DNA of 64,000 bases, taken from NCBI GenBank assembly GCA_043814765.1, contig JBDRJQ010000020.1, forward strand, positions 3,028 to 67,027. Direction: 5' to 3'. The stretch is from Nanobdellota archaeon. Lineage in GTDB: Archaea > Aenigmatarchaeota > Aenigmatarchaeia > QMZP01. The notes under the pieces are model-generated. The model was given only the letters and a program-made list of their open reading frames with translations. It did not search any database and had not been told where the DNA came from. Within the stretch, counting starts at the first letter, position 1. The number at the start of each line of letters is the position of its first letter. Below are positions 56,447-64,000 of this stretch, piece by piece. Both the position numbers and the translations under genes were made by a program.

Positions 56447-57430
56447 ATGGTTAAAATAGGTAGTGGTAAGAGGATAAGGAAGAAGATTAGGAAGAATATT
56501 AGGAAACCCAACATAAAAAAGCCTCATATTAAACTCAAACACAGGGAGCCTGAAAGGACAATTAAAGCTATATCTGAAATGAAGATACAGGGAGCAAGGG
56601 AGATAGCAAAGGCTGCTATCAAATCCATGGGCGAAGTTGCGAAGAACAGCAATATTTCTAATAAAAGGGAATTTTTAGCTAAGCTTGAGAGTACAAAAAA
56701 ACAACTGGTTGCATCCAGACCAACAGAGCCTATGCTAAGAAATGTTTTGTCTTTCATAATAAACGAGGCAAGCAAATATGAAGGAGATAATATTACACGT
56801 TACACACACCTGTTTTCAGGAAATTATCTCAACGAACTAGAAATGGATCTTGATAAACTGATTCGCATAGGAGCTGAAAGCATACAAAAAAGAGATGTGA
56901 TATTGACTAATTGTCACTCAAACACTATCGTAGAAATTTTTAAAAAAGCAAAGAAAAAGGTTAATTTTTCAGTCATAGTAACAGAAACTCGCCCCAGAAA
57001 TCAGGGATTAATAACAGCTAAGGAATTAACAAAAGCTGGTATAGAAGTGACTTTATGCGTTGATTCTGCGATAGGAACTGTGATGGACAGAGTAACCAAG
57101 GTCATAGTCGGTTCTGATGCAATACTTGCAGACGGCTCAGTTGTTAACAGAATAGGCACACTGCCTATAGCAATGGTTGCAAAGAAATTCAATACCCCTT
57201 TCTATGTTATTGGCGAAACTCTAAAATATGATTCAAAGACAGCTATGGGTCAGTTAGAGCCAATAGAGCAAGGTGATCCTAAGGAAGTTCTTTCACCTAA
57301 AAAAATTAAAGGGTTAAAAATAATAAATCCAGCTTTTGATGTGACACCAGAAGAGTATATACACAGCCTAATAACCGAGAAAGGTATAATGAAACCAGAA
57401 GTACTCAGAACAGTAGTGAAGCTGAAATAA
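56447..57430 (+). CDS. eIF-2B alpha/beta/delta family protein (ribose-1,5-bisphosphate isomerase-like)
   Basis: Contains MKIQGAREIAKAA..., TNCHSNTIV, VTETRPRNQG, VGSDAILADGSVVNRIGT and FDVTP. It has a Lys-rich N-terminal extension. Confidence 0.65.
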   Translation: MVKIGSGKRIRKKIRKNIRKPNIKKPHIKLKHREPERTIKAISEMKIQGAREIAKAAIKSMGEVAKNSNISNKREFLAKLESTKKQLVASRPTEPMLRNVLSFIINEASKYEGDNITRYTHLFSGNYLNELEMDLDKLIRIGAESIQKRDVILTNCHSNTIVEIFKKAKKKVNFSVIVTETRPRNQGLITAKELTKAGIEVTLCVDSAIGTVMDRVTKVIVGSDAILADGSVVNRIGTLPIAMVAKKFNTPFYVIGETLKYDSKTAMGQLEPIEQGDPKEVLSPKKIKGLKIINPAFDVTPEEYIHSLITEKGIMKPEVLRTVVKLK

Positions 57431-57519
57431 GCTTATATTTCTGGCTTAAAACAAATCTGTTGCTAAAGATAAATTTAACCTGAAACAATAATTAAGCATC
57501 AATAAGAGAGGCAGAATAA

Positions 57520-58347
57520 ATGCTCTTCTGGAGAAGGTTCAAATCTAACGTTTCGTGCAGGTGGACAGAGGCATGGACATTCAAGGTTGATGTATTCCTG
57601 AATATAGTAAACACAGTTCTAGCTGTGTTCATGTGGTATTTCATGTCCATAATGATACATCCAGCTATACTAGGATATGTAAATGTCGGTTACCTGCCAT
57701 TCATTATGGTTGGTAGTGTTGCGCTCTTCTTTGCCAGCAGAGTAACAGCAAGCTTCTCAGGAAGTTTTTACAGAGATATAGAAAGCGGTATATTTAAATT
57801 GGTGTACTTATCCGATATGAATTTAATACATTATTTTTTCATGAACTTCTTTACAGGACTGATATTTGATTCTTTCTTGATATTGGTTCCAATGATATCA
57901 GCATACTTCTTTTTGATACAGATAGTGGCATACGAGACAACGACATTTTTCAGTATGGGTATTCTATTGACAATATTAGCGTCATTCGCAATATTTGTGG
58001 TTGGTCAGCTAGGATTCACCATGATGACTGTGGGATCCAAACTGTACCTTAAGAAAGGAGATCCTATAAGCTTTACCATAGAAAAGCTAAATCAATTCTT
58101 CTCCGGACAGGTATTTCCACTAAGGTTGCTTCCTGCATTTTTGGCATTCCTGCCTACGGTGTTGCCTGCTGCTTACGTGATTCTGATTTGGAGGGATTCT
58201 CTCTTCTTGGGCAAAACAATCTTTGACGGAACAATGACTAACATCATGATTGGAGGAATTGTAGTAAGCGCTGTTATATTTGCTGTAGGGTTGCTCTTCT
58301 TTTACAAAGGCATAGAGAGGGCCAAGGTGGAGGGAAGATGGCTGTAA
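57520..58347 (+). CDS. ABC-2 type transporter permease
   Basis: About six hydrophobic spans. A 10-nt overlap with the downstream ATPase gene. Confidence 0.55.
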   Translation: MLFWRRFKSNVSCRWTEAWTFKVDVFLNIVNTVLAVFMWYFMSIMIHPAILGYVNVGYLPFIMVGSVALFFASRVTASFSGSFYRDIESGIFKLVYLSDMNLIHYFFMNFFTGLIFDSFLILVPMISAYFFLIQIVAYETTTFFSMGILLTILASFAIFVVGQLGFTMMTVGSKLYLKKGDPISFTIEKLNQFFSGQVFPLRLLPAFLAFLPTVLPAAYVILIWRDSLFLGKTIFDGTMTNIMIGGIVVSAVIFAVGLLFFYKGIERAKVEGRWL

Positions 58348-59348
58348 AAAATGATATAGAAGTCAGAAACCTGAGAAAGAATTACTATGAGTACAAGGTT
58401 TTCAAAAAAGGAAAACTTCTGACAAGGGCACTGAAAGGAGTTTCGTTTAATGTAAAACGTGGTGACTTTATCGGACTTCTGGGGCTCAACGGCGCAGGCA
58501 AAACAACACTGATGAAGATACTTACAACCAATATGAGGGAGACCTCAGGCAAAGTGCTAGTTAACGGATTTGATGTGAACAGTGATCAGAGGAAGGTAAG
58601 GAAGAGCATATCTTGGATGTATGGTGTGGATTATTATGGTGTTGGGTGGGCATCTGTTCAGAAGAACCTAGAACTCGCTGCCAACATACTAGGATTAGAA
58701 AAGAAAAAATCAAAGCAAATCATAGACAGGACAATAAAAGAATTTGGCTTGCAGAAGTTTAGAAAGCTGGATGTATGGAGGCTCAGTACTGGTTTAAGAG
58801 CAAGATATTCGCTTGCTGTTGCCATGATGAAAAACCCAAAAATTCTTTTCCTTGATGAACCGCTGATAGGTCTTGACGTGGAGAGCAAGGATGCTGTAAG
58901 AAAAAAACTGAATGAACTGAACCAAAATGGATTGACAATATTGTACACATCACACCAGCTAAATGAAGTAGAAAAAGTCTGTAAAAAAATCATACTGATA
59001 AATGACGGAAAAATAGTTCATCAGGGATATACAGACGACCTGAAGAACAGGTACAGGAAAATAAATCTGTTAGAGATTCGCTGCAAGACAGAGGATCTGG
59101 TTGGCATCAGGAAATCCCTTCTCAGAGAAAAAAACATAATAAACGACATAGAGGTTCTAGGAAGCAGGGGAAACGAACATCAGCTCAAGATCTATACAAA
59201 TGTTGATTCAAGCGAAGCTCTGCTACCCATAGGCAAGCTCTTCAAAAACAAAAACGTTATCCTGCAGAGCCTTAATGTTGGAACAGTTGATCTTGAGACT
59301 GTCTTCAAGAAGGTTATAAAGAAGAAGTTATTTAAATCCTTTTATTAA
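58338..59348 (+). CDS. ABC transporter ATP-binding protein
   Basis: Walker A is GLNGAGKTT, the signature-like motif is LSTGLRARY and Walker B is LFLDEPL. Confidence 0.8.
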   Translation: MAVKNDIEVRNLRKNYYEYKVFKKGKLLTRALKGVSFNVKRGDFIGLLGLNGAGKTTLMKILTTNMRETSGKVLVNGFDVNSDQRKVRKSISWMYGVDYYGVGWASVQKNLELAANILGLEKKKSKQIIDRTIKEFGLQKFRKLDVWRLSTGLRARYSLAVAMMKNPKILFLDEPLIGLDVESKDAVRKKLNELNQNGLTILYTSHQLNEVEKVCKKIILINDGKIVHQGYTDDLKNRYRKINLLEIRCKTEDLVGIRKSLLREKNIINDIEVLGSRGNEHQLKIYTNVDSSEALLPIGKLFKNKNVILQSLNVGTVDLETVFKKVIKKKLFKSFY

Positions 59349-59378
59349 ACATTTAATATCAAAGTTTGAGGTGAATAA

Positions 59379-59507
59379 ATGCCTAAAGAGAAAGTTGTTA
59401 AAAAAAAGGTTTATGCAGAAAATGTTGAAGTCAAAAAACTAAAAGACGGCAATTTCCGGCTAATCGTTAAGGGTTTAAGAAAAAAAAATGACGGAGGTAA
59501 CAAATAA
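59379..59507 (+). CDS. small peptide P1 (42 aa) with shared leader-like motif
   Basis: Hand-translated as MPKEKVVKKKVYAENVEVKKLKDGNFRLIVKGLRKKNDGGNK. GAGGTGA lies 4 nt upstream of the ATG. It is not in the ORF track because it is under 60 aa. Confidence 0.45.
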   Translation: MPKEKVVKKKVYAENVEVKKLKDGNFRLIVKGLRKKNDGGNK

Positions 59508-59508
59508 T

Positions 59509-59730
59509 ATGAAAGATATACATTTTAAGATAAAAGCCTCTAACGTAAATGTTAAGAAACTAGAAAACGGTACCTTTAAAATAGTCTGTGACAACATAAA
59601 GGAGCTTGAAAAAACATCTGAAAAGAGTAAATGGAAAAGCTCATATGGTAAAAAGGAAATAACAATATATCGTGGAAATCATGTTTTCAAAAAAGACATG
59701 AAGACAAAAAATATAAAGAAAATAAGGTGA
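59509..59730 (+). CDS. small peptide P2 (73 aa) with shared leader-like motif
   Basis: MKDIHFKIKASNVNVKKLENGTFKIVCDN... GGAGGT lies 10 nt upstream of this ATG. The track start at 59488 is the alternative. Confidence 0.45.
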   Translation: MKDIHFKIKASNVNVKKLENGTFKIVCDNIKELEKTSEKSKWKSSYGKKEITIYRGNHVFKKDMKTKNIKKIR

Positions 59731-59734
59731 TAAA

Positions 59735-59899
59735 ATAGTAAATGAAGTTATTGATGTTAAAGCATCAAAGGTTGAAGTAAGGAAATTGAGAGATGGTGTA
59801 TTTGAAGTTATAATATACGGAGCAAAGGGTGATCTAGAATGCTGTATGGATTATGCTCCATGTGATGCTACAATACAAGTCAGTATACCTGCAAGATAA
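59735..59899 (+). CDS. candidate RiPP precursor P3: leader-like motif + Cys-rich core, apparent ATA start
   Basis: The frame reads (I)VNEVIDVKASKVEVRKLRDGVFEVIIYGAKGDLECCMDYAPCDATIQVSIPAR*. AGGTGA plus 4 nt precedes the ATA, mirroring the SD-ATG geometry of P1. No ATG, GTG or TTG lies upstream of the conserved motif. Confidence 0.45.
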   Translation: MVNEVIDVKASKVEVRKLRDGVFEVIIYGAKGDLECCMDYAPCDATIQVSIPAR

Positions 59900-59966
59900 T
59901 TGTATAATAATCAAGGGTGAGCCAGAATGCTGTATGGATTATGCTCCATGTGATGCTACAATACAA
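59837..59966 (+). repeat. tandem direct repeat of the core-encoding segment (two identical 42-nt copies, 59837..59878 and 59925..59966)
   Basis: GAATGCTGTATGGATTATGCTCCATGTGATGCTACAATACAA occurs twice. Similarity extends upstream (ATAATA...AAGGGTGA) with a 6-nt in-frame indel. Confidence 0.9.
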
Positions 59967-59984
59967 TTTGATTCAATGAGATAA
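59853..59984 (+). CDS. possible second core peptide P4 (…IIIKGEPECCMDYAPCDATIQFDSMR), no leader homology
   Basis: The only in-frame ATG (59853) lies inside the P3 core. This may be a non-functional partial duplicate. Confidence 0.25.
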   Translation: MLHVMLQYKSVYLQDNCIIIKGEPECCMDYAPCDATIQFDSMR

Positions 59985-60033
59985 ACAATCAGCTAAGATA
60001 GTGGAAATCCTCAATTAAACTTTATTATTTAAT

Positions 60034-61428
60034 GTGGTATTTATGATTAATCTATGTGAAACGATTATTGAATTCTCTGAAAAAGTATCGCCTAAATCTA
60101 AATATACATTTTCTAAATATCTAAATGTTATACCTTACAAATCTAATGTAATCTTGCTATCCGGAAGAACTGGTCGCATAATAGTTTGCACAAACAATGA
60201 ATGGAAACTTGTTAAAAAATATCTTAGATCGCCAAACAACAATGAAGATTTTTTTTATCCTTTCATTGAGACTGGAATGATTGTTAATAAAGAATTTGAT
60301 GAATTTGCTTATTTACTAAACAAAACAAACGAAAATAGGAAAGAATTAATAGAAAGAACCTATGATGGATCAAGAAGTGGTGGGATTTGGCTGACTCTTG
60401 GTAATTCATGTAATCTAAAATGTATTTATTGCTATCTGGAGAAAAACACCAGTTTAATGAGTTTTGAAACAATTAATGACGCCTTAGAGCAATTTCATGA
60501 TGGTTTTGTTAAAGGTAAACTTAAAAACGCACAGATTGCAATTGCTGGAGGAGAACCACTTTTATACAAGGATAGAGTAAAGCATATTTTTATCAAAAGT
60601 AAAATGCTGTTCAAAGAGGATTTTAATAAAGTTATTTTTTTCATAATAACCAATGGTACACTTATAGATGATGATTTGTTGAAATTCATAAAAACGAATA
60701 AGATAAATGTCCTGTTTCAAATAAGTATAGACGGTAATGAGGATATTCATAACAAAAGACGCATGTATGCAGATGGCAAAGGCACATATAATACAATTAT
60801 AAAAAATCTAAAAAGGGTAGCTGAATATGGAAACTTGATAATAATTAGAATACATGCCGACGAATCTAATTACTCGAAGATGGATAAGTTTTTTCATGAT
60901 ATTAAACCAATCCTCAATTCAAAAGTAACTGTTGACTTTATCGCACCAGTATGTGTTGATAAAGACGTTAAGTATGACAGTAAGCAATCATTTATAAAAT
61001 TTGATAAAATGGTAGAATCATTTAATAGTTTTGTTGATAGGAATAAATTAAAACTTTATAATGAAACAGAAACCGATTACAATCCGTTAAGTTCTACAAG
61101 TTATTTAGGACGTAATATATCCTTTTGTTCTGGTTTTGTCGGACAAAAATTTTGGCTAGATCCAAAAGGAAACTGGCTTGCATGTCCCATGGAAGAGTGG
61201 GTTATAGGCGATATAAAAAATGGCATTTCATATTCAAAAGTAAAAGAATTAAACAACATGGTAAAGGAAAACAACAAATGTTTGAGGTGTCCTAGATATT
61301 TTTTTTGCTCTAAACGTGTATGTCATAGAGTTATTTTAACTGGCATGGAAAAGCACACACCATTTATTAATAATAAAGATTTCAAATATATGGCAATAAA
61401 ATATGCAAAAAGTGCTGGTTTGGTATGA
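60034..61428 (+). CDS. radical SAM/SPASM peptide-modifying enzyme with PqqD/RRE-like N-terminal domain
   Basis: Contains GNSCNLKCIYCY (CX3CX2C), IAGGEPL, C-terminal FCSGF...ACPME...CLRCPRYFFCSKRVCH (SPASM-like CX2CX5CX4C) and N-terminal SNVILLSGRTGRIIVCTNNEWKLVKKYL. Confidence 0.75.
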   Translation: MVFMINLCETIIEFSEKVSPKSKYTFSKYLNVIPYKSNVILLSGRTGRIIVCTNNEWKLVKKYLRSPNNNEDFFYPFIETGMIVNKEFDEFAYLLNKTNENRKELIERTYDGSRSGGIWLTLGNSCNLKCIYCYLEKNTSLMSFETINDALEQFHDGFVKGKLKNAQIAIAGGEPLLYKDRVKHIFIKSKMLFKEDFNKVIFFIITNGTLIDDDLLKFIKTNKINVLFQISIDGNEDIHNKRRMYADGKGTYNTIIKNLKRVAEYGNLIIIRIHADESNYSKMDKFFHDIKPILNSKVTVDFIAPVCVDKDVKYDSKQSFIKFDKMVESFNSFVDRNKLKLYNETETDYNPLSSTSYLGRNISFCSGFVGQKFWLDPKGNWLACPMEEWVIGDIKNGISYSKVKELNNMVKENNKCLRCPRYFFCSKRVCHRVILTGMEKHTPFINNKDFKYMAIKYAKSAGLV

Positions 61429-63233
61429 AAAAAACAAAAAAAATATGTCTAGTTTCAATGCCCTTTAATAATGTTTTTTATCCCAATATACAATTAGCTA
61501 GCCTTAAGAGTTACATTAATCAGAACAGCCCAATAAACGTAGATCTTAAACACTTCAATCTTGATTTCTTCAATTTTATTTTAAGCTCCAAAGAAAAGAA
61601 AGAAACCATTCCATATTATAGTTTTTTTAATTCATATAGTAGAGATCTATACAATGGAGACATAGTCTTTGCATGTATGTATTATCCCAAGAAAATGAGT
61701 TCTATATTAGATGTAATATTCAACAAAAAAAACAAGACCACAAAACATAAGCACTGGAGAAAAGAACTTACAAGAAAAGAAACAATAAAAATTATCAACG
61801 ATTTTAAAAAATTCACTGAAGATTTAATAAAATCTGTAAACTGGAAGGATTATTTTTTAGTGGGATTCAGTTGCTCATTTGCTCAGCTATTTCCATCTAT
61901 TTACGCTGCAAAATTAATAAAAAAGGCAAATCCAGATATAAAAATAGTTTTTGGAGGCAATGTTGTTTTTGAAGAACAAGGAAAATACATCTTAAATGAA
62001 TTCAACGAAGTAGATTTTATAATTTCTGGTGAGGGTGAAAAACCCCTTTTAAAAATGATTAGTGATTTAACAAATAAAATAATCCCTGAAAGGTATATTG
62101 ATGGCAGCAAACAACTAGTTAAATTGGATAATTTACCACTACCAGACTATAATAAATTCTTTGAACAACATTCTCAACTAAAGATACCTTATTTGGTTTT
62201 AATGTTATATGCATCAAAAGGTTGTTTTTATAATAAATGTAGTTTTTGTAGCATGAATAAACAATACTCATCATACAGGATAAAGAATGTAAACAAAATG
62301 ATAGATGAAATTATTGAGTTAAAAAGAAAATATCCGAAAACTGTGAATTTTGCATTCACTGATAGCATGATACCAGAACCATACTTAATCAAATTTGCCA
62401 AAGAAATAATAAAAAGAAAAATAAAAATATCATTTTGGTTAGAACTAAAAGCAAATGCAAAAAAAGAGACAATAAAATTATTATCAAAGGCAGGCCTAAA
62501 AGGAGCGCAGATAGGAATAGAGTCATTTAATCAAAACATATTAGAGAGAATGAACAAAGGAACAACAGTAAAGCAAAACATTGAAACAATGAAAATTTTT
62601 GAAGAGCTTAACGTAAAGGTTAGTTCCAATATAATAACACGATTTTTGAACGTTGATAAAAAAGACATAATTAATACTTTTGAGGTACTAAAAAAATTAA
62701 AATACTATCATCCGCTAAGTGCCAGCATTTTAGATTATACTTACGGTTCAAAAGAACACGAAAAACTGGTAAAATCAGGTTCTTATATACTTGCAGATGA
62801 AGAATTGAACTACATAATATATGCAAATCTAGAAAAATACAATACCTTTCTTCCAATCATTCCTAAAAAACAAGATAATCTGAAAGAATGGAAAGCCGTA
62901 GAGAATTTTATCAACGAAGAAAGAAAAAAGAAAAGATTCATAAACAGCCTTCCAGGCATCTACTATAAAAAACACAAAAACAAGATAACAGTTTACGTCA
63001 ACTATAACAAAAAGCTTGTAGGAACAGATATCACTAAAAAAATAGACTTATTGATATTTAACTTTTGCGATTCATTCAAAAACATACAAGAAATACGTAA
63101 TTGTCTTTCTGGATATTCTAAAAAGGAGATAAGTGAGTCAATAGAGCGTTTATTGAAAAAAGAAATACTTATAGATATAGATGAAGATTATATGACACTG
63201 CCAGTGAAGTTTGACAAGTCTAAATGGAAATAA
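61425..63233 (+). CDS. radical SAM enzyme with cobalamin-binding-like N-domain (class B / RiPP-maturation C-methyltransferase-like)
   Basis: The N-terminus is ICLVSMPFNNVFYPNIQLASLKSYI, followed by IVFGGNVV and the cluster motif SKGCFYNKCSFCSMN. The start overlaps the upstream stop in an ATGA junction (4-nt overlap). Confidence 0.65.
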   Translation: MKKTKKICLVSMPFNNVFYPNIQLASLKSYINQNSPINVDLKHFNLDFFNFILSSKEKKETIPYYSFFNSYSRDLYNGDIVFACMYYPKKMSSILDVIFNKKNKTTKHKHWRKELTRKETIKIINDFKKFTEDLIKSVNWKDYFLVGFSCSFAQLFPSIYAAKLIKKANPDIKIVFGGNVVFEEQGKYILNEFNEVDFIISGEGEKPLLKMISDLTNKIIPERYIDGSKQLVKLDNLPLPDYNKFFEQHSQLKIPYLVLMLYASKGCFYNKCSFCSMNKQYSSYRIKNVNKMIDEIIELKRKYPKTVNFAFTDSMIPEPYLIKFAKEIIKRKIKISFWLELKANAKKETIKLLSKAGLKGAQIGIESFNQNILERMNKGTTVKQNIETMKIFEELNVKVSSNIITRFLNVDKKDIINTFEVLKKLKYYHPLSASILDYTYGSKEHEKLVKSGSYILADEELNYIIYANLEKYNTFLPIIPKKQDNLKEWKAVENFINEERKKKRFINSLPGIYYKKHKNKITVYVNYNKKLVGTDITKKIDLLIFNFCDSFKNIQEIRNCLSGYSKKEISESIERLLKKEILIDIDEDYMTLPVKFDKSKWK

Positions 63234-63236
63234 ATT

Positions 63237-64000
63237 ATGAAAATGTTAAAAATATGTCTGGTTTCCATGCCATTTCATACTGTTATCTATCCCGATGTTC
63301 AATTGTCAAATCTGAAGAGCTACATAAATTCTAAGAATAAAATTAATGCAGATTTAAAATATTTTAATTTGAATCTATTCTACTTTCTATCTAAAATTGG
63401 TTCAGAAAAAATGTACCTTAGGTGTCTTCATAATTATTATTCTCCAGATATGTGCTACGGTGATTTGTTTTATTCTTGTTTATATTACCCAGAAAAAAAG
63501 GATAATATAATAAACATAATTATGGATTCAAACGACAAATATTTCCACTCCCATAACTATCTAAGAAAACCATTTTCAAAAAAAGAAACGGTAAATTTTA
63601 TTAATGAATTAAAAAATGAGACTGACAAAATCATAAAGTCTGTGAATTGGAAAGATTATCTTATAGTTATACTTGGCTGTTCTTATGGACAGCTTTTCCC
63701 ATCACTTTATGCGGCAAAACTGATAAAGAAACTCAATCCATCAATTAAGATTTGTGTGTATGGTAATCTCATTTTCAAAGAATATGGAAACTACATATTA
63801 AACGAGTTTAGAGACATAGATTTTATTTTTTCAGGAGAAGACGAAAAAACGTTTTATAAATTAATTTATGATATAATTAACAACAGAAAACCTAATAAAA
63901 ACATAAACAATTTTAAGAATCATATTAAACTTGATCAACTACCTTTTACAGATTATAAGGACTTTTTTGAGAAATCTAATTTAATGGGTATTGAGCAGAA
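63237..64000 (+). CDS. second, paralogous radical SAM enzyme of the same type (N-terminal 254 aa only; continues beyond window)
   Basis: Hand-translated as MKMLKICLVSMPFHTVIYPDVQLSNLKSYI...SVNWKDYLIV...LYAAKLIKKLNPSIKICVYGN..., collinear with 61425..63233. It is absent from the ORF track because it is open-ended. Confidence 0.6.
   Translation, partial: MKMLKICLVSMPFHTVIYPDVQLSNLKSYINSKNKINADLKYFNLNLFYFLSKIGSEKMYLRCLHNYYSPDMCYGDLFYSCLYYPEKKDNIINIIMDSNDKYFHSHNYLRKPFSKKETVNFINELKNETDKIIKSVNWKDYLIVILGCSYGQLFPSLYAAKLIKKLNPSIKICVYGNLIFKEYGNYILNEFRDIDFIFSGEDEKTFYKLIYDIINNRKPNKNINNFKNHIKLDQLPFTDYKDFFEKSNLMGIEQ

Noticed and set aside
59839-59865. Reading the duplicated 42-mer as an 8-codon ORF (MLYGLCSM) with a GGGTGA SD
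   Set aside because: It is kept only as an alternative. The 6-nt in-frame indel upstream, the identity extending 13 nt past that ORF's stop, and the leader homology of P3 all favour the ECCMDYAPCDATIQ frame.
1-64000. Mobile elements, prophage, rRNA operon or defence islands (CRISPR-Cas, RM, TA)
   Set aside because: No transposase, integrase, capsid or terminase, cas, methyltransferase/endonuclease pair or rRNA-like sequence was recognised. The XRE regulator with a membrane protein (36414..36982) has no identifiable toxin partner.

Overview
This window is low-GC, gene-dense archaeal DNA. Archaeal markers include aCPSF1, proteasome beta, aEF-2, aIF2-beta, RFC large subunit, S3Ae, DGGGP synthase, RtcB with archease, and FtsZ. 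Short overlapping genes and many cysteine-rich surface proteins fit a small-genome, possibly DPANN-like, archaeon, but that placement is inference. I ran no searches; every family call rests on motifs I recognise in the supplied translations or in my own hand translations. About 80 features are listed, including four tRNAs that the ORF track cannot show. Three of them carry introns: tRNA-Gly(UCC), tRNA-Arg(GCG) with a 121-nt intron and a textbook bulge-helix-bulge (BHB), and tRNA-Pro(UGG) with two introns, one in the T-loop. The most interesting locus is 57520-64000. It holds an ABC-2 transporter, then three or four small ORFs that share a leader-like motif (VxVKKLxDGxF). One of these ends in a Cys-rich core (ECCMDYAPCDATIQ) whose coding segment is tandemly duplicated. 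A radical SAM/SPASM enzyme with a PqqD/RRE-like N-terminus follows, then two tandem paralogous radical SAM enzymes with a cobalamin-domain-like N-terminus. I read this as a candidate radical-SAM RiPP (modified peptide) gene cluster in an archaeon. Other notable items are listed here.
- A dispersed hairpin repeat of about 35-40 nt occurs in intergenic DNA and inside tRNA introns.
- A roughly 320-nt intergenic stretch upstream of ftsZ has long-range complementarity and may be a structured RNA.
- A GC-rich one-gene island stands out from its surroundings.
- A 14-codon Lys-rich micro-ORF is present in two copies.
- A block of three large membrane-anchored surface proteins sits at 47852-55513.
- There is a uppP remnant and a frameshifted ABC-2 permease.

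No rRNA, CRISPR array, transposase or integrase was seen.
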